From assembly GCF_009914755.1 (NCBI RefSeq), contig NC_060928.1: a DNA stretch of 64,000 nt; one strand, 5' to 3'. Made by a program: the position numbers and the translations under genes. Source of the stretch: the human T2T-CHM13v2.0 reference genome, Homo sapiens. A model generated the notes under the pieces. That model did no database searches. It was not told the origin of the DNA and was given only the letters and a program-made list of their open reading frames with translations. Shown piece by piece: positions 44,062 to 57,685 of this stretch; the stretch's first letter is position 1; each line of letters opens with the position of its first letter.

Positions 44062-44265
44062 AGTAGAGGTCAGCAAATGATAGTAGACGAAATCCAGCTG
44101 GTGTCCTGTTTGTGTATCATCTGTGAGCTAAGAATGGTTTTTACACATTTAAAGTTGTAGAAAAGAAGAGGAGAAGGATAAGGAGGAGAAGAAGGAGAAG
44201 GAGATTCCAAGAGTGCCACAAAGCCTAAAGTATTTACAGAAAGTTTGTCTACTGACTCCTGCTCT
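44062..44265. mobile_element. MER58-like DNA transposon remnant
   Basis: GAGGTCAGCAAA...TGAGCTAAGAATGGTTTTTACA...CACAAAGCCTAAAGTATTTACAGAAAGTTTG. Confidence 0.6.
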
Positions 44266-44709
44266 ATGTCATAGCAGGGAAATTCTGGCATTGCAGCCTC
44301 ATTGACTGTAGGCCACCATGGAATCCAAGCTTTAATTAACCATTCTAATAGGCTGTTAATACTACCACAGGTACTTGAGATAACACATTAAATCCTGAAT
44401 GCTGTTAAAATACAACCATATTGATAAATTCAGTCAGATCCAATCTTCTGATTCATCTTTCTCAGTCTAATAACCCTTAAAATTCATTCCATACATACTT
44501 TCCAAACTCATGCTGATACATATTGGCAATATCCATGAACAATTTCTGAGTATTAAATCGTTTTTTGTGGAATTTTCTCCCTTCCCTTGTGGGATCTAAC
44601 TCTAGTTACTGATTCAAGAGGCAACCAGTGAGGGATGTTGGCATCTGTACTAAGAAAAGTTGACATTACTTGTAAGGCAATTGCCTCAAGTGAAGTTTTT
44701 AAAAATGTT

Positions 44710-45878
44710 CCTTTTTTAAAAACTTTTATTTTAGTTTAGGGCCTACATGTGATGGTTTGTTACATAGGTAAACTCATGTCATGGGGGTCTGTTGTACAGA
44801 TTATTTCATCACCCAGGAATTAAGGCCAGTACCCAATAGTTATCTTTTCTGCTCCTCTCCCTCCTCCCACCCTCCACCTTCAAGCATACCCCAGTGACTG
44901 TTGTTTCCTTTTTTGTGTTCATAAATTCTTATCATTTAGCTCCCACTTATAAGTGAGAACATGTGGTATTTGGTTTTCTGTTCCTGAATTAGTTTGCTGA
45001 GAATAATAGCCTCCAGCTTCATTCATGTTCCCACAAGACGTTATCTCATTCTTTTTTATGGGTGCATAGTATTCCATGGTGTGTATGTACCACATTCTTT
45101 TTATCCAATCTGTCATTGATGGGCTCTTAGGTTGATACCATGTCTTTGCTATTGTGAATTGTGCTGCAGTGAACATTCACGTGCATGTGTCTTTATGGTA
45201 GAATGATTTATATTCCTCTGGGTGGGTCGAATGCCATTACTGTCTTTAGGTCTTTGAGGAATTGCCATACTGCATTCCACAGTGGTTGAACTAATTTACA
45301 TTCCCACCAACACTGTATAAGTTTTCCGTTTTCTCGACAGCCTCGCCAGCATCTGTTATTTTTTGACTTTTTATTAATAGCCCTTCTAACTGATGTGAGA
45401 CGATATCTCATTGGGCTTTTGATTTTCATTTCTCTAATGATCAGTGATATTGAGGTTTTTTCCATATGATTGTTGGCCACATGTATGTCTTCTTTTGAAA
45501 AGTGTCTATTCATGTCCTTTGCCCACTTTTTAATGGAGTTGTTTGCTTTTTTCTCTTGGAAATGTGTTTAAGTTCCTTATAGGTGCTCGATATTTGACCT
45601 TTGTCAGATGCGTAGTTTGCAAAATTTTTCTCCCATTCTGTACGTTGTCTGTTCACTGTTGATACTTTCTTTTGCTGTTCAGAAACTCTTGTTTAATTAG
45701 ATCCCATTTGTCAATTTTCACTTTTGTTGCGATTGCTTTTGGTGTCTTTGTCATGAAGTCTTTGCCCATTTCTATGTCTAGGATGGTATTGCCTAGGTTG
45801 TCTTCCAGGGTTTTTGTAGTTTTGGGTTTTGCATTTAAGTCTTTAATCCATCATGAGCTGATTTTTGTATATGGTATA
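44710..45878 (-). mobile_element. L1PA (older subfamily) 3' fragment, antisense
   Basis: ORF2 remnants (MNRHFSKEDIHVANNHM...[12 protein letters not shown]) and 3' UTR on the minus strand. Confidence 0.9.
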
Positions 45879-46315
45879 TGTTTGGTTTGGGTTTTTTTGT
45901 TTGTTTGTTTGTTTGCTTGATTTTTTGAATCGAGGAGGGATAGTGAAGCATTCAAACTAACAACAAAAATTCTTTACTACACTAGTGAGATAAGGGAAAG
46001 GAAGATGGTTATTGGAATTGCATGAAAACTGGACCCATGAAAGAAAAGTCGTAGAAAAATGGCCATACAGGAAAGCAGCCACTGTCCAAACTAAAATGGA
46101 GGAGTGGGTGGAGGGCCAATAAAAAACCCTATCATTCTTTCTTCTCATCTGATATTCTGATGGTGCTTTCAATCAAGGTAGGCATGGGAGCCTAGGTGAT
46201 GTAATCCATAAGGGCCATCCTCCGGGAAAGAAATCAGTCTGGGGGGAATCATAGAAAATAATAAGATTCTGAGGAGATCATTCTTGATGTTGAATTGGAG
46301 AAATGAGAAGCACTT

Positions 46316-46618
46316 GGCAAGGCGTGGTGGCTCATGCCTGTAATCCTAGCACTTTGGGAGGCCTAGGTGGGTGGATCACTTGAGCCCAGCAGTTTGAGAC
46401 CAGTCTGGTCAACATGGGGAAACCCTGTCTCTACCATTAAAAAAATACAAAAAATACAAAAAATTAACTTGGCATGGTGGTGCATACCTGTGGTCCCAGC
46501 TACTCGGGAGGCTGAGATGGGACGATCGCTTAAGCCTGGGAGGCGGAGGTTGAACTGAGCCCCAAGATCACGCCACTGCACTCCAGCCTTAGTGAGACCT
46601 CAGAAAAAAAGAAAAAAA
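46316..46618 (+). mobile_element. AluJ
   Basis: GATCACTTGAGCCCAG...GATCGCTTAAGCCTGGG, with a degenerate TSD AGAAGCACTT/AAAGGCACTT. Confidence 0.85.
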
Positions 46619-46780
46619 AAAGGCACTTAAGAGACTGTATGAGATAGTAATGTTACTGATTCTGACAATTTATTTTATTATTCAAATTCTCTAAAGTTAC
46701 CATATTTCATTGATTCTGACAATTTATTATTCAAATGCTCTAAAGTTAAAATTTATCTTTAAATTTGTAGTATATTATAG

Positions 46781-47156
<376 letters not shown>

Positions 47157-50100
47157 ACCACATTTTCTTTATCCAGTCTATCATTGATGGTATTTAGGTT
47201 GATTGCATGTCTTTGCTATTGTGAATTGTGCTGCAGTGAACATTTATGTGCATGTGTCTTTATGGTTGTCTTTGTACTCTGTTGATAGTTTATTTTGCAG
47301 TGCAGAAGCTGTTTAGTTTAATTAGACCCTATTTGTCATTTTTTTGTATTTGCTGCAATTGCTTCCTAAAACCCATTTCTAACACAATACCTTTCCCAAA
47401 TCATCATTCACATTTTTTCTTCCCTTAATACAAATTATTGGTAAACTTGGAAAGGTGCAAGATGTTCTCAACCATGATATCTATGACTTGATAAAAAATA
47501 TATTTTCAAAAAATTTTCTTTTAATTCCCATTCCAATGTATATAAATCATGTAGACAATATAGAGACTTAAGAAATAATCACGTATTTTATGAATATATA
47601 TACTTACCTTTGTATACCTTATTATTGTGGTAATATTTTGAGAAACTTTTGAGTATGGCCTTCCTGCTCTCAGATGTAGACAGTCTTACTGGTAAGATCT
47701 AATATTTCCTGACTCCTATTGGCCATGCGTGTGATAAGCACATTGTATGAATTTTTTCAGTTGGTACTTTCAACAACCCTATTTAGGTACTTGTGTTTTA
47801 TTCAATTTTATGAATGGGCCAACTAGACATAAAAAGTGATTAGAGGTGGGATTAGAACATTTTCAGTTTATATATCCAGGGTTAGGAAGACTTCACAAAA
47901 TAATACTGTAACAATTAATGCCAAGCTTTTTTATATAGAAAAAAATCCCTTCCATGGTTGCTCTATGAGACATAAAAGTATCTGTTTGCATCTTAAAAGA
48001 AGAAAGTGGAAAATTCTGAATTTGTATAAAAATTTTTGCTGGTTGTTCTTCACCATAGCTGAAAAGCATAATCTTAAAATTATGTGTTGGTACCTTCCTG
48101 CATTTGAAAGAAAGAACTAAGTTAAATAATGTATATGCATAGAAGAGTCCTGTAGAAGATTTGTAAAAATGGACTTGAGTACAGGTATTTGATCATGAGC
48201 CCATGAAGCTCTAGTGAGGAAATGGAGAAAGATAAGAAAGGGAGAAAAGACAACGTGTGTATTAATAAGTAGAATAACACAGCGAGGAGTTACAATTCAA
48301 TACCATTGGGACTCTCTGGTTACTGTGTAGAACAAACCTCAGAATTGCCCCATTGCAGGTTGGATAAGCTGAGTTATTTACACATTTACTTCTGTTCCTC
48401 ACTGCCTGAGGTTGTCTCCCTATTCTTGGTACACTAAATCCCTGGAGCTAATGAGCTGCTGGGCAGGTGCACAGACTGAGGAAGTACTCTTAGCACCAGC
48501 GAAAGTCCTCAGTCAGTAAAGCAGAGGTCAGAAGTGGTCAATAATAACTGACCACTAAGCAGTAGCTGGTGTCCAGGAAGATGTGGGATGTACATCCACA
48601 GCATCCACTACACAGATATATACAGATTATACAGGAAACACTTCATATATGAATGTCCCACTATGAATAAGTGGAATTAGCCACTTTCCCAGAGGAGAAA
48701 TATGAGTTATGATGTTTCACTACATTCAAACCTTTGAAAAATCCCCAGTTTTGTTCTCATGTTGTACTAGAAATAACAGTACAAAGTTGGAATGTAAACT
48801 CAATTGAGTTATACTTACTGTGTAATGTAAGTAATGATATATGTGTGTGTGATTATATTAAGATTAATGTTCTTGTTGTTATTGCTGAATCCATTATGGC
48901 TGTAACTCATTTTTTTTTTTTTGTAATTTTTGGCTTTCTTTTCTTCTGCCTTTTGGTTACCAGTTAGAAAAATGTAATACTGGAAGGATGCATTATGCAA
49001 TCTTTTTCCATTATGCACAATCAAAACATGGGTATGAGATTGGATTTTATTCAAAAAGAAGAAAATCTGCCATTTGAAGCTGTGCATATGGAATAAGAAG
49101 AATTTTAATATATGTTTAGTCTCATTCTTTTGGTAATATGTAATGTAGTCTGGTTTTGGTGGAAAAGCAATTGTTGATATAAATTATTGATAAATATTTC
49201 TTTCAGGTTTAAACATTTGTTATAGTGTATTTAAGACAAATAAGGCATTATTGAATCTGAAAGAATATAGTAAATTTATAAAAATTAATATGGCTGTATT
49301 TTGTTCCTACAGAACCATTGTATAATGCTGTCACTTTATGATGCAAGACTGAAGATGTACATTTAAAATAATTTATTTGCAGATCTTGATTCCATCTTCA
49401 ATAGTAATGTCTTTTTATTATGATGCAACTTTCCAGGAATGGAAATTTTATATTTCTGTGCTTCAAGTTTATCATTTATTGTTTCATTGCAAAGCCTATA
49501 ATGACAGTAACCCTCCTTAAATGGGGAGAATTACTTAGGGTTGATTTAATTCAAATGTATAAAATGAAGTGCAGTTCAAGGCCACTGGGCTACTTTTGAG
49601 AATTTATCAAGAACTATTTTGGGGTCTGTGGTCCTAGATATTATTCAGTTACAAACTTCTATTTTCTAGAAAAAGGGAAAAGAAAACCATGGCTTATTAA
49701 AAGAGTTTTTATTAACTTTTATATTTCAACACAACTTAGCTTCATATGAAAAGAAAGAAAGTCAGCATAAAGATCAACAACTATCTTTGTGGCTCTGATA
49801 AGTAACTTAACCCCTCTGAGCCTCGATGAGAACATCAGTAAAATAAGACTAACAGGACCAACTTCATGCAGTTTGGTGAGGATTAAATGAGGTAATACAT
49901 GTCAACTGCTTAGCAACATGCCTGGTACATAGAAAGTCTCAGTAAATAATAATTGAGAAAACTAAAGATTAAAATACTGAAATGATTTCATCTGTAGAGA
50001 AGAAAGGAATGATATTTGATGTCAAATTCAGGTTTTTGAGAATTGTCATATGAGGTTATTGACAAAATATAAGTCAAATAAAAAGGCTCAATTTTCAACA

Positions 50101-52624
50101 TAAGTAAAAATGCATCTAGAGTATTGAGAAAGACTACCTGTGTAATTTTCTTGGGCTTTGAAAGACAGGTTATGATTGTCTCTATTTTTGATTTCATATA
50201 GTTGTCTGCCAATTGTGATACCAAGCCAAATAACGTGGGAGTATTTATTCTTTACATTAACATCTACTCATAGCTTATTCTACAATTTTCTTGATTTAAA
50301 TTATAGAGTCAAAAAGTCAATTCTGTAAATTCTTCATAGATTACTCTACTCTTAGAGTACATGATATGTTCTGTTTCCTCTTTCTCCTTGGTAGGAACCC
50401 AGACTCCCAGTAAGCCTTCACATACTGTGCATAGTTAAGACTACCCCATAGGCTGCTTGATATTGACTAATCTAACTCATATCCCTGCAAATAATCTACT
50501 GTAATCTTTTAAATAATATTATTGTGTCCTTTGCTGTTAGAAGTTAAAAGTATAGGGTATAGGGCAGACTGCCCGCATTGGAGTCCTGATTCTAATACCA
50601 CTTCAGTTTTCCCATCTGTAAAATGAGGAAAACATTAGTACTTACTTAAGAGTGTAATTGTGAGAATTAAATGAAACAGCATGTGTGAAACACATAGAGA
50701 CCTAATTTATTTTAAATGCTTGATAATTTTAATTATTATTAATTTTATTTATACTCCTACTATTTTTATAACTGTAGACCAGCTTATTCTGGCTATATGC
50801 AATATGAAGAAAACCCTCCTCCTACCGTTCCTCAAACATAAAAATACTGAATTATGGCATAATATTTCTGTTTGTTAAACAAGTTATTTAGCATCCAGGC
50901 TAGATGAGATACTACACTACTATACACAGAATAACAGAACTATATTGATGATTCATATACAACTTACATGTGATTCCCATATGTTTTCTGCCAGATGTTT
51001 TTTTCTCATTCTGCATACATAAATATGTAAAAAAAAGTTGTTGAATATCTGTTCAAGAAATTGTGCTTGGCATTGTGTAGGAATTTGGATTGAAAAATAA
51101 AGCATCTGCCCTCAGAGATAATATTTATATCACGAGAAAAGACAGAAATACATAAACCCAATAATTCAATAAAATACAAAAGCTCTCAGAATCATTATGG
51201 TTTTCTTCACCACATCAGTGGTGTAGAAAATACATGCTCTGTTTTCAGAGGAAGAAGATGACAAGAGTTTGGCGTTTCACTCTTTGTACTCATGATAATA
51301 CTGTACAAACTGATCTTTAAAAATGATTATGTTTTGTAAAATAATATAAGTTTATTATAAAAATATAAGCAATATGGAAGAGTGAAGAAAAAGAAAGCCA
51401 TATATCTCTCAAAGTCCTCTCTCTCACATAAACAATTGTTGCTAATGATAGAATTATTTTAGGTAGATAGGCATGGAGGTACTATTTTATTAAAAATGAG
51501 ATTTGGGTTTACATGCTATCTTTAAATATAAAGTTAATTTAAAGTAAAACTAATGATATATTTTAAGATAAAAATTTCTTTGACTACTTTTTAGATTATT
51601 TATTATTGTTTAGGGAAAAATGATACAAAAAATATTGAATGAAGTCATTATTTTAAATTAATGTTTCAAATTTAGGCAGTGTTAAAGGATTAAATTCTAT
51701 TAAAGATGAGGTTAGAATGTTTTACTTTCTCCTCCCCAAATGCTCAGTTTTTCCCACTGTGTAATCACTTTTATTTCATCAAGTTAAAATGTGCGTTTTG
51801 TAGTGCAATCATAATGCCCTCAGCATTTGGTTGTTGTTCTATATGTACGTGTATTCAACTCACCCTATTCTTTTTCCAAAGTTTTTTTAATTTCTGTTTA
51901 CTTTACTTTGGTTCTGCTATTTTTTGGCTGGATTTTCCTCTATTATTTAAATTTTGATTACAGTTACACTTTCATATAAAACAATGATAAAACATAGTGA
52001 AAATCAACAGTTCTTCACTTTCCCTTTCCCCAAATACTATTCCACACTTCTAAGAACCTTAAAAGCCATAGTTTTTTCAAAGTTTCTTTTTTTATTCCTT
52101 TGCATATTTCAAAAAGATACATTTATATTATGATTTCTTGATTTACTAATTTTAGCTATTATCTATTGTCTTCCTATAAAACATAAGATAAGTATTTGTA
52201 TACTTTTGTTAGTCTGACTCTTCTCTTATTCTCCAGGATATTTAAATCTCAACTTGTCATTAATTAATCAATTTTTATATTATTATAACTATAAACACAT
52301 GCACACTATTGTTCCAAATAGTCTATAATTATCCTGCTTTCTTTCATAAATTTTGGGGCTTTTTTCCAGAATTAATATTTACTTCATTTTTTGTTTTTTA
52401 TGCAAAATATTGAAATGTACCTATCTTTAATTCTTTTTGTAAATGCCCTATTAGACCTGTCCAACCTCCATTATTAGCATATTTTCTCTAATTTTCAAAT
52501 ACATGTGATAATGTTACAAATGCTTTATTTATTTCCTATGTCTTTCCCTCCCCAAGTCATATAGCTTTTGCAGGTGTATTGCAGTATAACTTACAAACAC
52601 AATCTAAGATATGTAGATGAGTGA

Positions 52625-52626
<2 letters not shown>

Positions 52627-52659
<33 letters not shown>

Positions 52660-52668
52660 CATATATAT
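52627..52668 (+). repeat. (TA)n microsatellite within an old antisense L1M fragment
   Basis: About 14 TA units, flanked by L1M-like ACCACCTAGATCAAGATATAGA...TTCACTCAATATTATGTC...TCATCCATGTTGCATG. Confidence 0.8.
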
Positions 52669-53085
52669 CTACCACCTAGATCAAGATATAGACCATATCC
52701 AGAACTCCAGCAGGCTCTCTCATACCTATTTTGTTAATTCTACCCTAAAATATTCAGATCTGTATCACTGTGAATCAAGTTTTCTGCTTTGGAACTTTAC
52801 ATAAATACAATTATGCAATATATACTCTTTCTTCTTTCACTCAATATTATGTCTTTCGATTCATCCATGTTGCATGTAGCATTGTTACATTCTTTTTCAT
52901 TGTTATGCAATATTTTATAGTATGAATATACTGTGAAAATTAGTTTTGTAAAAATTTTCTTATAATTCATCTGGCCTTGAAAATGCTCTAAAGAAATCAA
53001 GACCAACCTCACATTTCTCTTATTGTGGTGACTTTGTTTTCTTTCCTGGATATGTGAAGAAATTTTATAATTATCATTAAGTTAA

Positions 53086-53406
<321 letters not shown>

Positions 53407-54007
53407 AAGATCTGTTTTCTTTAACAGTTTTAGCTGGAGCCTGATTGTTTCACATTGATCCATAGAGCTGGTTCCTTTATCTTTCTTATTTCAAGGATTT
53501 TAAAAATTATTAAAAATTACATGTTTTACAGTGTTTTAATGTGTATATTATTCTCTTCTACGTCAGGCTTTTGGATCATCCTTATACTGAATCTTTTCTG
53601 TTTTTGACTCTCAACTAAATATATCGTATTTTCAACAATTGTGTTAGCCTTGTTCTGTTTCTCCTCCTTTGTTTTTTTTTGATTTACTATGAAAATATCA
53701 AGCTTTTCTTTTGGGCCAGAAATTAAAATATTATCTATAACATTATCTATGTCTAATCTACTTATTTCTTTTTCTAATTTATTTATTATCTGGGTAATGG
53801 TATTGTTTTGGCTCGTTTCCTTATTTATTATACTCTTTCATATCATTCTTTTTAAAATTTAAATCAACTTGTCTTTGAATTCTAGTTTTATTTAATCTAT
53901 GATTTTTTATACTATGAAGGACTTTCATAGAGTTTTTCTCTGGTATAAGCAAATTAATATATTGCCTAGTGAGCATATTAAAATTTTTGAGAAATAATAA
54001 TTTAACC

Positions 54008-54053
54008 TGCTGATAGCATTGCAAATATAAGAAAATATTTTTTCTTTTTCCAG
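54008..54053 (+). promoter_or_regulatory. BANK1: Intron 1 branch point (TGCTGAT, A at 54013), polypyrimidine tract and acceptor
   Basis: YNYTRAY match about 41 nt upstream of TTTTTTCTTTTTCCAG|G. Confidence 0.75.
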
Positions 54054-54452
54054 GAAATACAAAAGATATAATAATGATATATGAAGAAGATGCTGAGGAA
54101 TGGGCTCTGTACTTGACAGAAGTATTTTTACATGTTGTGAAAAGGGAAGCCATCCTGTTATATCGCTTGGAGAATTTCTCTTTTCGGCATTTGGAGTTGC
54201 TGAACTTAACGTCTTACAAATGTAAACTTTTGATATTATCAAATAGCCTGCTTAGAGACCTAACTCCAAAGAAATGTCAGTTTCTGGAAAAGATACTTCA
54301 TTCACCAAAAAGTGTAGTTACTTTGCTTTGTGGAGTGAAGAGTTCAGATCAGCTCTATGAATTATTAAATATCTCTCAAAGCAGATGGGAGATCTCAACT
54401 GAACAGGAACCTGAAGACTACATCTCTGTAATCCAGAGTATCATATTCAAAG
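54054..54452 (+). CDS. BANK1: BANK1 exon 2 (399 nt, residues ~24-157, TIR-like domain)
   Basis: Acceptor CCAG|GA and donor AAG|GTAGTG. Translates GNTKDIIMIYEEDAEEWALYLTEVFLHVVKREAILLYRLENFSF...EDYISVIQSIIFK in frame with exon 1, which is the recognised BANK1 sequence. Confidence 0.96.
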
Positions 54453-55709
54453 GTAGTGTTGCCAAACCTTGTTTGTTTTATTTTTATTTGTTTTTTTTTT
54501 GTAATTAAAGAATTGCAAGTTTGTTTTAGAACCAATAACTGGTGTCAGGATAGGAATAAGAAAAATGAGAGCTGATTTTATTCAACAGTATGTTGTACTG
54601 TCCACAAAATACATTAAGTTTCTTAATTTTTAGCTCTATTCCAATCAAGGCTTATTCCTTGTTCTAAACATGGCTTATAAATATATTCTTTAGGGCAGCC
54701 TGGATGAGATCATGGCAGAACAAGTATGGTATGCTCAAGTCATATGACAGTTTGGTTCTGGAAGCTGGTTTCTTATGTAACTGGTGAGGCATGAGTTAAT
54801 ATACTCTAGTGGTGTTACCAGTCAGTAGCAGTTCAAGGTTTGAAGGTCTGGGTTACAATTACAGAGCTTTTAAAATTTTAAGCATGTAACCTTTAGATAA
54901 AAGAAAATACCAGGTCCCATTAATTAATTAATTACATTTCCATGTAATAATAAAAATGCTGCAGCTTACAATGTTAAAGCTTCTCCCTTCCACAGTTTTA
55001 TTCTGCTAGGTGTGAAAGGGGTGCTGTGGTCAGCTGCTTCCCTGGTTTCCTTAGTCTGCCCTTTGCTCTCAACTCCCAGTCTTCTAACTATGGTTTCATG
55101 GCTTAAAGGGAAGGAGTGAAGCTATCATTTTATCTTGGCCACACCAGATTAAAAGTTGGCTATTTTTTTTGGAGCAAATTTCTGAGTTTTGGGAAATTCC
55201 TTATTCGCTGGGAATGTCTCTCTTGCAGTTTCTTAATAAGTCAAATAGTCCCTCTTCTCTAAGATCATAGCTGTGGTTGTCTAATGCATATAGATTCTTA
55301 CTGTTGAGTTCTATGGCTCCTTCATGTGTCTCTCATGATGAAAATGGCACTGAGATACCTCCTGGCTGGGTGTTTCTCCTACCTTGTCCACATCTATCTG
55401 AAGATAAACCTTCCTTTATCTTCATTTATCTTTTTCCGGACAAACTCTGGGCATACAAGCCATTCCCAGAGTAGCTATCACCATCCTGCCCTCAGAGCAG
55501 CAGTACAGCCACAGTCTCTTGCCTTTAGTAATTTCCAAACCTGGATCCAGCATAAGTGTTGGAGTTCTGTAAATCCAGGGAACCTATATCAACCCCAAAT
55601 GGTTCGCTGGAAGCTTTTCTCACTATACTTCTTCCCTGGTGGAAAACAACTTTCTTCTTACCAAAATTCCTTCTTATTTTCCAGTATTGTAACCTCTTCA
55701 AATTCAATG

Positions 55710-56002
55710 GTTTTTTTGTTTGTTTTGTTTTGTTTTGAGACAGAGTCTCGCTCTGTCATCCAGGGTGGAGTGCAGTGGCATGAACTTGGTTCATGGCAAC
55801 CTCTGCCTCCCAGGCTAAAGCAATTCTCGTGCCTCAGCCTCCTGAGTAGCTGATATTACAGACACGCACCACCATGCCTGGCTAATTTTTGTATTTTTAG
55901 AGGAGATGAGGTTTTACCATGTTGGCCAGGCTGGTCTCAAACTCCTAACCTCAAGTGATCAGCCCACCTTGGCCTCCTAAAGTGTTGGGATTACAGGTGT
56001 GA
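55710..56002 (-). mobile_element. Alu (S/J), antisense
   Basis: (TTTTG)n tail, GAGACAGAGTCTCGCTCTG...GGATTACAGGTGTGA. Confidence 0.9.
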
Positions 56003-57052
56003 TTAAAGCATTGTCTTAGTTGTCTATTGTTGCATAACAAGTTTCTCTAAATTTTAGCAACTTATACATAATGGTTATATCAGTTTCTATGATTCAGGAA
56101 TCTAGAGGGGTTTAGCTGGGAGGTTCTGGAGCAGGATTTGTCATGAGGATGCAGTCAAGCTGTCCAGAGCTAAGATCCTCTGAAGCCTCCACTAAGTGAA
56201 GATCTGCTAACAGGGCTTACATTGTTGACAGTTTCCTTTGTTATTGTGATTTTAATAATCCCTTGGTTGGCTGAAGGTCACTTCTAATCATTCCTGAGGA
56301 AGGTGCCTTGGAAGCAATGTTTCTGAATTGCTGAATGTTTAAGAGTTTGTCTCTTGTCTTACACTGAAGGTAGAGTTTGTCTGAGGACAGTATTGCTCTT
56401 GCTCTTCTGTCTCTAGCACTGCAGAATTTACAGAATTTTTATTTGCCTAGCTGACTAAAGGATTCTTCATTTATAGTTGAAGTTTAGTGACTTTACTAGA
56501 ATATTTTAGTGCTGACTATTCTGGATTATTTTTCCCAGGGACATGCTTTCTTATTTTTGTTTGTATCTTTTTCCCAAAATGTAGAGTCAAGTCTTCTTTT
56601 ATTTCATGAAGAATTTCTTAACTTATATCTAAGTTTACGGTTTATTTTTCAGGGACTCCTTTTTTATGTATTTTGGATTTCTTTAGTCTGCACTGCACTC
56701 TACAATTTCTCTCTAATCCCTTTGAGTCTATTAATATCTAATTAACTTAGTTTGCATTTTCACTTTAACTTTTGCTACCATTTTATACTTTCATGAGTTT
56801 CTCTTTCTCTGTATTACTTCCAATCTCTTTCGTTTTCATAGTACTTTTACTTTTTCTCATTGTACCTTTTGGTTGAGCACTTATAACTTAAAATTCATCT
56901 CTTGTTCTTAATTCACTCACCTCTCTCTAACTTCTTGCATATCTGCACTATATAATTGCTTTCAAAAGGTGATTTCTATTCATTACATTTTAAAAATTCA
57001 CGGTGAAATGTTTGGTTACAATTTTCAACTTTGTTTATGGTAACGTGTTTAG

Positions 57053-57685
<633 letters not shown>

